61,744 nucleotides of DNA from Gemmatimonadota bacterium. GTDB lineage: Bacteria > Gemmatimonadota > Gemmatimonadetes > Longimicrobiales > Gaopeijiaceae. The stretch's first letter is position 1. Each line of letters starts with the position of its first letter. Below the pieces are notes generated by a model, which was given only the letters and a program-made list of their open reading frames with translations, did no database searches and had not been told where the DNA came from. Where the stretch lies: the NCBI GenBank assembly GCA_039589315.1, contig JBDHHQ010000041.1, positions 1 to 61,744 on the forward strand, written 5' to 3'. Below are positions 9,644 through 19,969 of this stretch, in pieces. A program made the position numbers and the translations under genes.

Positions 9644-10963
9644 TTGGCTTCCACCGCGTCCCACCACAGGCTGCTATACGTCGACGACGACGCCGACGTG
9701 CGGACCGCCTTTGCCAAGGCGGCCGGCACCGCCGGCATCGATGTGGACCTCGCCTCGTCAGGTCAGCAAGCGCTTCGCATGGCTGAGACCCACGACTACC
9801 CAGTCGTGGCAACGGACCTGCGGATGCCTGATCTCGACGGGGTCGGCCTCATGAAGAAGCTGACCGACAGAGCCCCGGCCACGGTGTTCATCGTGGTCTC
9901 GGGATACCCCAATCTCCTGTCGTTCTATTCCAGCCCGGTGATCGAGCGGTCCATCAGCTCTCTGGTCGTGAAGCCCTGGGATCAAACCGAGCTCGTGGAA
10001 GTCCTCCAGAGGGCCTTCGACCTCCACGACGCGCGGGCGTCGGCCCTCAAGCGGCCAACGCAGGAGGCAGCGGCACCGTTTCTCGTCGTCGACGAGAGCG
10101 ATGAAGACGCCAGGCAATTCGCCCTGCTCCTGGCTGATACCGACTTCGCGGGGCGCCCTCTCGAGCGGGCGTGCTCGCTGAACGACGCTATTCCCCTGAT
10201 CCAGGAACGGGAGTTCGAGCTGGTGATCACGGACCTGGCGCTACCCGATGCCCGGGGCCTCGATACCGTCTATCGCCTCAGGACCGTCACGGCCCACAAC
10301 GCCTTCGTGGTGTTGGCCGGCTTCTGGGACCAGGTGCTTGCCATGCAGGCGCTGGAGATCGGGGCCCTGGACTACCTCGTCAAGCCGAGTTTGGACGCGA
10401 GCCAGCTCAACCGCGCACTCCACTACGCGTTGAAGCGGAAGCGGTCCGAGGAGAGTCTCGCACGGCGCGCGCACGCCGACGCCTTGACCGGGTTGCTGTC
10501 CCCGTCGGCCTTCGCGGACCGTTTGGAGCACGCGCTCTCCGTGGCCCGTCGCCATGACCGCCGGCTTGCCACCATGGTGCTGGACCTGGAGGGCCTGGAC
10601 GAGGTGAACGAGCAGCTCGGCTTCGCGGCCGGCAACGCCGTCCTGCGCCGGTTCGCCGCCCGGCTCCAGCACACGCTGCGAGGCACCGATTCGGCCACTC
10701 GACTCGGAGGCAGCGAGTTCGGCGTGCTCCTGGAAGACGTGGACCCGTTGGGAGTCGGCATCGTCACCGAGCGACTTCTGAGAGCCACCGGGGAGCCCCT
10801 CGGACTGGCGGGCACCGACATCGAGATGAATTGGAGCGTGGGTGTCGCACTCTATCCGGAGTCGGGAGAGGACAGCGAGGAGCTGCTGCGCTCGGCGCGG
10901 GCGTCCCTGGAGGCTGGGAAGCGTCGTGGCGTCGAAGCCAGCCGGATCAAGACCCCGGCCTGA
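9644..10963 (+). CDS. REC-REC-GGDEF response regulator with degenerate GGDEF domain
   Basis: LLYVDDD...TDLRMPDLDG...KPW; second receiver ITDLALPDARG...DYLVKP; DALTGL...RGTDSATRLGGSEF. TTG start chosen after GAGGG. Confidence 0.88.
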   Translation: MASTASHHRLLYVDDDADVRTAFAKAAGTAGIDVDLASSGQQALRMAETHDYPVVATDLRMPDLDGVGLMKKLTDRAPATVFIVVSGYPNLLSFYSSPVIERSISSLVVKPWDQTELVEVLQRAFDLHDARASALKRPTQEAAAPFLVVDESDEDARQFALLLADTDFAGRPLERACSLNDAIPLIQEREFELVITDLALPDARGLDTVYRLRTVTAHNAFVVLAGFWDQVLAMQALEIGALDYLVKPSLDASQLNRALHYALKRKRSEESLARRAHADALTGLLSPSAFADRLEHALSVARRHDRRLATMVLDLEGLDEVNEQLGFAAGNAVLRRFAARLQHTLRGTDSATRLGGSEFGVLLEDVDPLGVGIVTERLLRATGEPLGLAGTDIEMNWSVGVALYPESGEDSEELLRSARASLEAGKRRGVEASRIKTPA

Positions 10964-11115
10964 GCCAGTCACCACCGAGCACCTGACGCCGCCATCACGA
11001 ACGGCGCAGCCTCGCGGCCGCCGAGGCGCCAGCCGCAGCCTTCGCCCAGGCGCACCCATGAGGCCGTGGTCTCCGTCCTGGGTCCCTTCTGGCCGCCTGT
11101 TTCGCCGGGTGCGGC

Positions 11116-12087
11116 TTACGACGGGGTGAGGAGGATCTTCCCTCGGGTTCGCCTCGCGTTCATGTAACGATGCGCAGCCGGCGCCTCCTCCAGGTCGAAG
11201 CTGCGGTCGATGCGCACGTCCAACTCCCCCGCCCCGATCCACCCGAACAGGTCGCCGGCCCGTGCCAGGAGCTCGCCGCGGCCGGCCACGTGATGCCCGA
11301 GTGAGGGGCGCGTGAGGAAGATGGAGCCCTGACGGTTCAGGATCTGCGGGTCCAGGCGTCCCACGGGTCCGGACGACTGACCGTAGAGGGCCAGCGTGCC
11401 CCTCGGCCGCACGCACTCGAGACTTTGCTCGAACGTGTTCCGGCCCACCGAATCGTACACCACGTCCACACCGCGACCCTCGGTGTATGCGAGCGTTTCC
11501 CTGAGGAAGTCGGCCCGCGTGTAGATGATGACGTAGTCCGCCCCGGCTGCTCGAGCCAGCTCGGCCTTCTCCTCGGTGGAAACCGTTCCGATCACCCGGG
11601 CGCCGAGGCGGTGTGCCATCTGCACAAGGAGCAGGCCGACGCCGCCCGCAGCCGCGTGGACGAGGGCCGTGTCGCCGGGCCCCAGTGAATAGGTGTCGTG
11701 ACTCAGGTAGTGGGCGGTCATGCCCTGGAGCATGGCGGCGGCTGCCACGGGCAGCTCGATCCCGGAAGGCAGGGCGACCAGCTTCGCCGCCGGAACGTCG
11801 GCCATCTCGGCGTAGGCCCCCCTGTGCATCGCGTAGGCCACGCGGTCGCCGGGTGAGAAGCCCGCGACCTCAGCGCCCACGGCTTCCACGACCCCCGCGC
11901 CCTCCCGCCCTGGGGTGAACGGCAACTGAGCGGCATACACGCCCGTGCGTTCGTAGATGTCGATGAAGTTGACGCCGACCGCTTCCTGTCTGAGTCGGGC
12001 GGACCCCACATCCAGCTCCCGCGTCTCCACGTCCTCGATGCGCATCACATCGGGATCACCGTGCTCGCGGACTACGATCGCTTTCAA
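11116..12087 (-). CDS. qor: NADPH:quinone oxidoreductase (zeta-crystallin/MDR family)
   Basis: MKAIVVREHGDPDVM, GVNFIDIYERTGVY, PGREGAG, MLQGMTAHYL, VHAAAGGVG, GVDVVYDSVG, GSIFLTRPSL; 323 aa. Confidence 0.92.
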   Translation of the reverse strand: MKAIVVREHGDPDVMRIEDVETRELDVGSARLRQEAVGVNFIDIYERTGVYAAQLPFTPGREGAGVVEAVGAEVAGFSPGDRVAYAMHRGAYAEMADVPAAKLVALPSGIELPVAAAAMLQGMTAHYLSHDTYSLGPGDTALVHAAAGGVGLLLVQMAHRLGARVIGTVSTEEKAELARAAGADYVIIYTRADFLRETLAYTEGRGVDVVYDSVGRNTFEQSLECVRPRGTLALYGQSSGPVGRLDPQILNRQGSIFLTRPSLGHHVAGRGELLARAGDLFGWIGAGELDVRIDRSFDLEEAPAAHRYMNARRTRGKILLTPS

Positions 12088-12229
12088 CGGGACGCCTCCG
12101 GGGCTGATCGGGTTCGGCCATCCAGACCCCGGGGGTGGCGGGGGGTTCCTCCCGGTCCGCGACGCTGGCCGTTGGGTGGCCGTCGTGCCAATGTGCTCGT
12201 GTGCTCTTCGTCGTGAGGGAGGTGAAGCG

Positions 12230-13786
12230 GTGGTGAGGAAGGCCCTGGTCCTGGTACTGGCGTCCAGTCTCCTGGCGTGCGGCCGGGACGCGAACAGAGC
12301 GCCCGCGGCGGTGTCCGCCGACGCACGACGAGTCCTCGAGGCGGCCGCACGACGACTCGGCTCCGTCGAGGCCCCGGGACGCGCCGTCGGGTTCGTGGCC
12401 GAGGGCACCCTCGACAAGGCTCAGGAAGGACAGGGTTTTCAGCCGGGTCAGTCCAGTCCGGGCCCGTTCGGAGAGCGCCTCGCGGTCGATCCTTCCTCGG
12501 GCAGGGTGGCCCGGCATTACCACGAAGAGCGCTTCGACGGTTCTTTCGAGATGGTGGGAGAGGTCTACGGGCCCGATGATGGCACACTGGTCGTGCTCCC
12601 CACCTACGGGGTCGTCGTCCGCTCCACGGACGCCCAGGCACAGGAAACCGCACAGCGCATCGCACGGCGGATCCCACACGTGCTCGTTCGCGAGCTCCTC
12701 GAAGATGCCCAACGCGTGGAACGGGCGTGGGGCGAGCGTGACGCGGTCGTGGTCGCGGGCCGGCTTCGTGACGGGCACGCGGTCACGGTGAGGCTCGACC
12801 GAAGCGACAGCACGGTGTCCTCGGTCGCGCTCGTGGACGAGTTGGCAGGTCGGGGACCGACGACGGTCGTGTGGTCGTTCGCCGACTACCGGACCGTGGG
12901 CTCGGGCGTGGCGCTTCCCTGGCGCTACGACGTGGACCTCGACGGCGCCCCCTATCTGCGGATGCATGTGACGGCGCCGCTGGATGGGGTCGAGCTCGAG
13001 GCGGCGTTCGCGGTGCCGGACTCACTGCGAGTGATCGACGTCGAGAGCGCTGGTGCCGCCGGGGCGGAACCGGCTCCGCTGGAGCTGGTCCAGCTCGCGG
13101 ACGGCGTCTTTCAGGTGCCGGAGGTTCGCGGTGGGTTCGCCCCGCTCGTGATGGCGTTCGAGGGCTTCTCGGTCGTCGTGGACGCGCCGGCGAGCTTCCC
13201 GTTGCTCGCAGAGCTTCCGCCTGGACACACGGATCCGGCTCCCTCCATGAGCCACCACTCGGAGCGGCTGATTGACGCGGTGGCGGCGGCGCTGCCCGAT
13301 CAGCCGATCCGGTACGTAGTGCTTACCCACGGCCACCTGGATCACGTGGGCGGCGTCCGGGCGTTCGTCCACGCCGGCGCAACCGTGCTCGGGGCGCCCT
13401 CCGTCCGGGCCAGCGTCGAGCGCCTGGTGGAGCGCGACGACGTGCGCCCGGATCGGCTGGCCGGGAACCCACGACCTCTGCAGTGGGAAGACGTCACGGG
13501 CGCCCGGGACATCACCGACGGGCAGCGAACGCTCCGCCTGCTCCCCCTGGGCCACAACCCCCACGATGCGGGCACGATAGTGGTCCACGTCGTGGGCGCG
13601 GATCTGCTCTTCGTGAGCGACCTGTTCACGCCGACCCGCCTGGAGGACTACCCCCGAGCCCATCACGTGGCATTGGACCGCTTCCTGGACAGCTGGCTGC
13701 TGGCTCAGGCGCTGGAGCCCGACCGAATCGTGTCCATGCACGGCTCGGGCGAGATCACGGCCGCGCATCGGGCCAAGCTCAGGTAA
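12230..13786 (+). CDS. MBL-fold metallo-hydrolase lipoprotein
   Basis: GGAGG RBS; lipobox SLLAC; VVLTHGHLDHVGG (HxHxDH), FVSDLF, IVSMHG; beta-rich N-terminal domain with FADYRTVGSGVALP. Confidence 0.87.
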   Translation: MVRKALVLVLASSLLACGRDANRAPAAVSADARRVLEAAARRLGSVEAPGRAVGFVAEGTLDKAQEGQGFQPGQSSPGPFGERLAVDPSSGRVARHYHEERFDGSFEMVGEVYGPDDGTLVVLPTYGVVVRSTDAQAQETAQRIARRIPHVLVRELLEDAQRVERAWGERDAVVVAGRLRDGHAVTVRLDRSDSTVSSVALVDELAGRGPTTVVWSFADYRTVGSGVALPWRYDVDLDGAPYLRMHVTAPLDGVELEAAFAVPDSLRVIDVESAGAAGAEPAPLELVQLADGVFQVPEVRGGFAPLVMAFEGFSVVVDAPASFPLLAELPPGHTDPAPSMSHHSERLIDAVAAALPDQPIRYVVLTHGHLDHVGGVRAFVHAGATVLGAPSVRASVERLVERDDVRPDRLAGNPRPLQWEDVTGARDITDGQRTLRLLPLGHNPHDAGTIVVHVVGADLLFVSDLFTPTRLEDYPRAHHVALDRFLDSWLLAQALEPDRIVSMHGSGEITAAHRAKLR

Positions 13787-13840
13787 GGGCCCGCTCCGGA
13801 GCAGACGGACGGGACGAGTCCTCCTGACGTCACGGGTCTC

Positions 13841-13870
13841 TTGCATTCATCGATTTAACTTTTATAAATT
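13841..13870 (+). promoter_or_regulatory. sigma70-type promoter with overlapping inverted repeat (possible PadR operator)
   Basis: TTGCAT-N16-TATAAA in a conspicuous AT-rich island; ATTTA-N7-TAAAT dyad at 13853-13869; lies upstream of the padR-family gene. Confidence 0.55.
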
Positions 13871-14005
13871 GCTGGACCGCCGACCACGCGGGGGAGATGA
13901 CGACACCGTGTCCCGCTCCCGGCGAGCGACGCGACGTCAGGGCCTGGAGCCCGCGCCGAAGCGGGCATGGGGACCGCGCTTTGCCCTCACCGAAAGGACA
14001 AGCCA

Positions 14006-14353
14006 GTGGGCCGAGGACATCTGCCAGGTGAGTTCGAGCAGGTCGTGCTGCTGACCCTTGCCGGCTTCGACGGGGAGGTCCGCGGGCGAGACGTGTACGA
14101 GGCTCTGGTTCATTCGACGGGGCGGGACGTCTCGGTGGCGGCGGTCCACATCACGCTCGGGCGGCTGGAAGAGAAGGGCTGGGCCACGTGCCGGACGTCT
14201 CAGCCGGAGCCGGGGCGGGGCGGCAAGCCTCGGCGGCACTACGCCCTGTCCGAGGCGGGGGCGGCCGTCCTCACGGAGATCAGGCGGCAACTCGACGGTC
14301 TGTGGGAGGCCGCCCAGGCCAACCCGCTGATCGGCCGGAGCTCCGGGCGGTGA
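14006..14353 (+). CDS. PadR-family transcriptional regulator
   Basis: GEFEQVVLLTL...VSVAAVHITLGRLEEKGW...GGKPRRHYALSEAG; AAAGGA RBS; coupled to the ADOP permease. Confidence 0.92.
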   Translation: MGRGHLPGEFEQVVLLTLAGFDGEVRGRDVYEALVHSTGRDVSVAAVHITLGRLEEKGWATCRTSQPEPGRGGKPRRHYALSEAGAAVLTEIRRQLDGLWEAAQANPLIGRSSGR

Positions 14354-17049
14354 GCGACGCGGCCAGGGGACGCCCTCCTCGACTCGCACGCGCGGCGCTC
14401 GCCTTCCTGCTCCCCCGCGACGCCAGAGACCAGGTCCTGGACGATCTCGACGAGATGTGGGCGGAGCGCGTGAGCGGCCGGTCCAGGAGGGCAGCGAACC
14501 GCTGGTACCGGTCTCAGGTCGGCAGGGCTGTCCTGCCCGCCATCCGCCGGCACGCCGCTCGGTTCATCGAGGACCGACGAGTTTCACCACGGGGGGTGAG
14601 GAGAGGTGACGTGATGGGATCGGTGAAGCAGGACCTGGCGTTCGCCTTGAAGCAGCTCAAGAGGAATCCGGCCATGGCGGTCACGGTGGTGGTCACCCTG
14701 GCCCTCGGGATCGGGGCCACCACCGCGATCTTCTCGGCGGTCCACGGGGTGCTCCTCCGCCCGCTCCCCTACGAGGACCCCCACGAGCTCGTGATGATCA
14801 CCTCGGAGATGGGCGGGTCCAGCGAGGTTCGCTACCTCTCGGGTCCGGACGCCATGGACCTGGTAGGCGAGGTCGAGTCGGTGGGCGAGCTGGCATTCTT
14901 CAGCGAGACCACGGTTGGACCGCTCACGGAGGTGGACCGACCCCAGCACGTCAAGACGACGTGGGCCTCGTGGAACGCCTTCGACCTCCTGGGCGTGGAG
15001 GCATCGTTGGGGCGGACCTTCGTCGCCGACGACGGCATCCCGATCCCCCAATCGGACAGCGTGCGCCCACCCTGGGCTGCGGTGATCAGCCACGACTTCT
15101 GGGTACGCTCGTTCGGCTCCGACCCCGACGTGCTGGGCCGCGTCGTCCACATCTGGGGCGGCGGCGCGGAGATCGTGGGTGTGCTTCCGCCTGACCTGCG
15201 CCTCCTCACGCCGCCGGAGCTCAACCTGGGCGGTGACGTGGACATCTGGAACGTGTACCGCTGGGACTTCCAGGAATCGTCGCGGGAAGGGCGGTGGTAC
15301 CGTGTGATCGGCCGTCTGGCTGGTGGCACGGACGTGCGGCAGGCCCGACAGGAGGTCGACGCGTTCGCGGGCCGCCTCAAGGAGCGGCACCTGCATCACG
15401 CCCAGGAGGAGACCCGCTTCAGGGTCGCCTCCGTCGAGACCTCGGTCGCAGGCCCGGTGCGCGGTCCCCTCGTGCTGCTGATGGGCGCCGTCTCCATGGT
15501 GCTCCTCATCGCCTGCTTCAACGTGGCCAACCTGCTCCTGGCACACGGCACCACCCGGGCCGGAGAGATGGCGGTTCGGTCGTCGCTGGGAGCGGAGCGG
15601 TCCCGGCTGGTCCGACAGCTGCTCACCGAGAGCGCGGTCCTGGCCGGGATGGGAGCGCTGGCCGGAGTCGCGCTGGCGGCCGTGGGCCTTGACGCCCTCC
15701 AGGCCATCCGGCCGGCCGACCTGTACCGATTCCAGGACGTTCGTCTCGATCTGCCGGTGCTGTCGTTCACGCTGGTGGTGGCCGTCGCGGCGACGCTGCT
15801 CGCGGGGCTGCTGCCCGCGGCGCAGGTGGCCCGATCCTCCCTCGGGGACTGGCTCCGAGTACGGGGGGGCACCGGGGTCGCGCAGCGCTCACGCAGGGTC
15901 CTCGTCGTCGCCGAGGTTGCGCTGTCGGTGGTCTTGCTGGCGGGAGCAGGCCTGCTGATCCGGACGCTGTCGGAGCTCCAGAGCCTGCCCCTGGGCTTCG
16001 AGCCCGAAGGCGTGCTGACGGTCACGGCCACCCAGACCGGCCGGCCGCGGGAGGAGCGCCAGGCGTACGAGGCAGATCTCATGAACGCCGTCACGTCGGT
16101 GCCGGGCGTCCAGGCAGCCGGCATCGTCTTCCCCCTGCCCATGAACGGTGTCTACGACCGGAGCGCCGAGTACGCCATGGAGGGCGAGCACGCTGATCCG
16201 GCCGGCTGGACCGAAGTCTACTTCCGGACCGTGTCGCCGTCGTACTTCGACGCCATGGGAATCCAGCTGCTGCGGGGACGTGGCTTCGCGTCTGCAGACG
16301 AAGATTACGAGGTGCCTGTGGTCATCCTGGACCGCCGGCTCGCCGAGCGGGAGTGGGGCACCCGTGATCCGGTGGGGGACCACTTCTGGGTGCGGGGCAT
16401 GGAGGGCGACACGCTACAGGCCCGGGTGATAGGCGTGGTGGAGCACGTGCCCCAGTGGGACCACCGGGACACCCAGCCCACCATGTACTTCCCCCGGGTC
16501 TTCTACCAGAGCCACGAGGTGTCGGTGGTGGCGCGCGTGGCCGGTGACCCGAGTCGCGTGGGGCCGGCGCTGATGTCGGCCATCCGGAGCGTTGACCCGG
16601 GCTTCCCGTCCGACATGATGCCCATGACCGGCTTCGTTTCGGAGCGACTGGCCGCCTCTCGCTTCTTCCTGACCCTGATGGAAGTGTTCGCGGGCGTCGC
16701 GCTGCTGCTGTCCGCCGTCGGGCTGTACGGGGTGCTGTCGTACGCCGTGAGGCAGCGGACCCGCGAGCTGGGCATTCGCCTGGCCTTCGGCGCCGCGGCA
16801 AGCTCGCTCACCGCCGACGTGGTCTGGAGCGGGGCCCGGTTGGCGCTGACGGGAATCGCGGTCGGACTGTTGGGTGCGATCGCGATCGGCCGGGGCCTGG
16901 AAGCGCAGCTGTTCCGCGTGGAGGCCACGGACCCGTGGGCTTTGGCAGCGACGGTCGGCGCTGTGCTGCTGGTGTCACTGGCGGCGAGCCTGATCCCAGC
17001 CGTGCGCGCCGCGCGCGTCGATCCCATGGTCGCCCTCAGGGAGGACTGA
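14350..17049 (+). CDS. ADOP-type duplicated MacB/FtsX ABC permease
   Basis: GTGA overlap with padR; TLALGIGATTAIFSAVHGVLLRPLPY, LLIACFNVANLLLA, VGLYGVLSYAVRQRTRELGIRLAFGA, PAVRAARVDPMVALR; 899 aa. Confidence 0.93.
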   Translation: MSDAARGRPPRLARAALAFLLPRDARDQVLDDLDEMWAERVSGRSRRAANRWYRSQVGRAVLPAIRRHAARFIEDRRVSPRGVRRGDVMGSVKQDLAFALKQLKRNPAMAVTVVVTLALGIGATTAIFSAVHGVLLRPLPYEDPHELVMITSEMGGSSEVRYLSGPDAMDLVGEVESVGELAFFSETTVGPLTEVDRPQHVKTTWASWNAFDLLGVEASLGRTFVADDGIPIPQSDSVRPPWAAVISHDFWVRSFGSDPDVLGRVVHIWGGGAEIVGVLPPDLRLLTPPELNLGGDVDIWNVYRWDFQESSREGRWYRVIGRLAGGTDVRQARQEVDAFAGRLKERHLHHAQEETRFRVASVETSVAGPVRGPLVLLMGAVSMVLLIACFNVANLLLAHGTTRAGEMAVRSSLGAERSRLVRQLLTESAVLAGMGALAGVALAAVGLDALQAIRPADLYRFQDVRLDLPVLSFTLVVAVAATLLAGLLPAAQVARSSLGDWLRVRGGTGVAQRSRRVLVVAEVALSVVLLAGAGLLIRTLSELQSLPLGFEPEGVLTVTATQTGRPREERQAYEADLMNAVTSVPGVQAAGIVFPLPMNGVYDRSAEYAMEGEHADPAGWTEVYFRTVSPSYFDAMGIQLLRGRGFASADEDYEVPVVILDRRLAEREWGTRDPVGDHFWVRGMEGDTLQARVIGVVEHVPQWDHRDTQPTMYFPRVFYQSHEVSVVARVAGDPSRVGPALMSAIRSVDPGFPSDMMPMTGFVSERLAASRFFLTLMEVFAGVALLLSAVGLYGVLSYAVRQRTRELGIRLAFGAAASSLTADVVWSGARLALTGIAVGLLGAIAIGRGLEAQLFRVEATDPWALAATVGAVLLVSLAASLIPAVRAARVDPMVALRED

Positions 17050-17368
17050 CGGCCGGCGGCGCCGATCGCTCGGGGTCGCCCGACACCGGCCGCCCGCTGT
17101 GGTGGCGTTGAGTCGCCCCGCCTCGGTGGTGGCTGCGAAGCGCCGGGCACCGGCCGACCGACCGGTCGGCTCTGGACGAAACGGGGCCCGTCACCGACAA
17201 TCCGGTGACGGGCCCTCCGTCGCCTCGGGGCCTGAGCGGACGGCCCGCTGGCCCGGGGCCCTTCGCCAGGGGCGTCGGCAGCCACGTCGTTACGGTGCGC
17301 CAGGACATGGGGCGAGCACGTCCGTCGTCCGTCCGGCGCGCCCCAGCGAGCACCCGAGCAAGACGATC

Positions 17369-18667
17369 ATGATCCGCCCCTGCTCCGCCGCCGACTTCGA
17401 CCAGATCCATGCCGTCATCAACGACGGCGCGGAAGCCTACCGCGGCCTGATCCCCGCCGACCGCTGGCACGAACCGTACATGACTCGAGACGAGCTCGCG
17501 GTCGAGATCGCCCGGGGCGTGCGCTTCAGCGCGTTCGTGGCCGATGGCGAGCTGAGCGGCGTCATGGGTGTCCAGGACGTGGAGGACGTGACGCTGATCC
17601 GCCACGCCTACGTCCGCACGACTCACCAGGGCAGAGGGGTCGGCGGCCAGCTCCTCGGGCACCTCATGGCCGGCTGCCACCGCCCCGTCCTGGTCGGGAC
17701 CTGGGCCGCTGCGACGTGGGCCATCCGCTTCTACGAGCACCACGGATTCCGCCTGCTCTCGGCGGACGACCGGACCCGGCTGCTGCACCGCTATTGGTCC
17801 ATCCCCGAGCGCCAGGTGGAGACGTCTGTGGTGCTCGCCGATCAGCGCTGGCTCGACGTGTACGAGGTGCCGTGCCAATTCAGTGACGTGGATCACTCCT
17901 CGGATCCCGACGCACTGACCGCCTATCTGGACGGTGTGGCGGAGCTGCCCACCGTTCTGGCCTACAAGGCAGCGGTCCTGGACATCCTCGACCCGAACCG
18001 GGGTGACCGAGTTCTGGACGTGGGCTGCGGGCTGGGCGACGACGTCGTGCAGCTGGCCCGCCGGGTTGGGCCAGCAGGCCGGGTCATCGCCCTGGACTAC
18101 AGCCGTGCCATGGTCGAGCTGACGTCGGATCGCCTCGAGCCTGGGAGTCCGGTGAGCGGGGTCGTGGGCGACGCGCGCCGCCTGCCCTTCCCCGACCGCC
18201 TCTTCGACGGCTGTCGCAGCGACAAGGTCCTCCAGCACATCGACAGCCCAGCGCGAGCGGTGACCGAGATGGCGCGCGTGATCCGGGAGGGTGGGCGCGT
18301 CGTCATCGCCGAGCCGGATTGGCGGACCTTCACGGTCACCGCTCCCGTGCCGGAGGTCGGAGCCGTTCTCGGCCGCTACGCCTGCGACTCGATCGCGGCC
18401 GGCTGGATCGGCAGCGCGGTCGGCGAGCTGCTCGAGGAGGCCGGCATGGACGAGGTCAACGTGGTCAGACACAGACTCGTGGCCGAAGACCTACCGACTG
18501 CCGACCGGCTTTTCCGTGTCAGGGATTTCGTGGAGGGCGCAGGGCGCGAGGGCCTCATGACGCCGGACCAGGGTCTCGCCTGGATCGAGGCGGCAGCGGC
18601 GGCGAGCGAAGCAGGCGCGTTCACGGCGCACCTCGGCCTCTTCGTCTCGTCGGGCGTGAGGGGCTGA
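17369..18667 (+). CDS. GNAT acetyltransferase fused to a class I SAM methyltransferase
   Basis: N-half: YRGLIPADRWHEPYM, IRHAYVRTTHQGRGVGGQLL, AIRFYEHHGF. C-half: VLDVGCGLG, GDARRLPFPDRLFD, EPDW. Single frame, 432 aa. Confidence 0.85.
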   Translation: MIRPCSAADFDQIHAVINDGAEAYRGLIPADRWHEPYMTRDELAVEIARGVRFSAFVADGELSGVMGVQDVEDVTLIRHAYVRTTHQGRGVGGQLLGHLMAGCHRPVLVGTWAAATWAIRFYEHHGFRLLSADDRTRLLHRYWSIPERQVETSVVLADQRWLDVYEVPCQFSDVDHSSDPDALTAYLDGVAELPTVLAYKAAVLDILDPNRGDRVLDVGCGLGDDVVQLARRVGPAGRVIALDYSRAMVELTSDRLEPGSPVSGVVGDARRLPFPDRLFDGCRSDKVLQHIDSPARAVTEMARVIREGGRVVIAEPDWRTFTVTAPVPEVGAVLGRYACDSIAAGWIGSAVGELLEEAGMDEVNVVRHRLVAEDLPTADRLFRVRDFVEGAGREGLMTPDQGLAWIEAAAAASEAGAFTAHLGLFVSSGVRG

Positions 18668-18809
18668 GCAGGGCGGTCAGAGCGCCAGCGCCAGACCAGC
18701 CCCGAGACCGCTTGCCGCGCCGGCCAAAGTGGGGCACGGTGAGTGGTCGTCGATGCGGCCACCGACAAGGTCCGATCGAAGGATCCGATTCGTCCCCGGG
18801 AGAGACCTG

Positions 18810-19814
18810 ATGCCATTCGTCCGCCCTACCACTTCACCGCCCGCGCCGGCCGCCAAGGCCGCCATGCTCCGCAGCCCCGTCGCCCGCTCGACGGTGGCGT
18901 CCGCTCTGGCACTGGCCGTCACCGTCCTGGCGACAGCCCCCGCAGCCTCACAGACGTCGCCGGTCTGGTCGCAGGAGAAGGTGAAGAACTTCCTGCCGCA
19001 CATGACCGTGCCCGAGGTCCGGGACCTTCTGACCCGGAGCGACATGGTCATCATCCCCGTGACCTCGCTGGAACAGCACGGCCTGCACCTGCCCGTCGGC
19101 ACCGACTACTTCGGTGGCGTGGAGCGAGCCAAGCTCGTCGCGCAGCATACGGAAGTCCTCGTCGCACCCATCCTCTACCCCGGTCAGTCGCCGTACCACA
19201 TGGAGTTTCCCGGGACGATCACGCTCTCGTCGGAGACGATCCAGGCGGTCATCGTGGAAGCCGCCGAGAGCCTCATCCGACACGGTTTCAAGCGTTTCCT
19301 GATCCTGAACGCCCATGGTGGGAACCGAGCGATCACCACCTTCGTGGTGGACCGGATCAACCAGGAGACCCCGGGGATCGCCGTCGACCTGAGTGCCGCG
19401 GCGGCGCCCTTCAGAGACCGGGACCGCCTGGCGGCCATCGAGCGGTCACCCCTCTTCGATCGCCACGGGGGCGTGAGCGAGACTTCCCGGGCCCTCTACC
19501 TGGCACCCTCGCTCGTGGATCTGGATGCGGCGGTCCCGGCCGAGCTGCGCCTGCCTGCCCACCTGGACGCCATGATGCCGAAAGTCCTGGACGGAGATCC
19601 CACGGCCCTGACGGTCTTCCTGGCCGAGGGGCTGAAGGCCAGCGAGACCGGGAAGGGAACCTCCGCCGCCGACATGTCCACCACCGGCGTGTGGGGGGTG
19701 CGCGACCCGGCGGAGGCGACCGTCGCCCAGGGCCGCACGGAGACCGAGGTGTTCGTCGATGCGGCTGTCGCGTTCATCGAGCGGTGGAAGGAGCTGCGGC
19801 CGATGGAACGATGA
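18810..19814 (+). CDS. creatininase/creatinine amidohydrolase-family protein with signal peptide
   Basis: SLEQHGLHLPVGTD, SPYHMEFPGTITL, LNAHGGN, HGGVSETS; alternative start at 18864. Confidence 0.9.
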   Translation: MPFVRPTTSPPAPAAKAAMLRSPVARSTVASALALAVTVLATAPAASQTSPVWSQEKVKNFLPHMTVPEVRDLLTRSDMVIIPVTSLEQHGLHLPVGTDYFGGVERAKLVAQHTEVLVAPILYPGQSPYHMEFPGTITLSSETIQAVIVEAAESLIRHGFKRFLILNAHGGNRAITTFVVDRINQETPGIAVDLSAAAAPFRDRDRLAAIERSPLFDRHGGVSETSRALYLAPSLVDLDAAVPAELRLPAHLDAMMPKVLDGDPTALTVFLAEGLKASETGKGTSAADMSTTGVWGVRDPAEATVAQGRTETEVFVDAAVAFIERWKELRPMER

Positions 19815-19969
19815 ACCCGGGCGAGTCTCGGCGCCGGCGCCCGCGGACGACTGGGTGCTCCCCGGCTCCTCTAGCGTTCGCCGGCTCCCGGGTGTCTTAT
19901 GAGTGCCGGCCGATGGGTGGGGAGGGGATCGTACACCAACTCGGGCCCACGTTGGCCCAGGAGACAAGC

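Noticed and set aside
18743..19969. 1096-aa ORF suggesting a long N-terminal extension on the S9 peptidase
   Set aside because: The first 409 codons are an Arg/Pro-rich shadow frame over the creatininase gene; the real start with RBS and signal peptide is ATG 19970.
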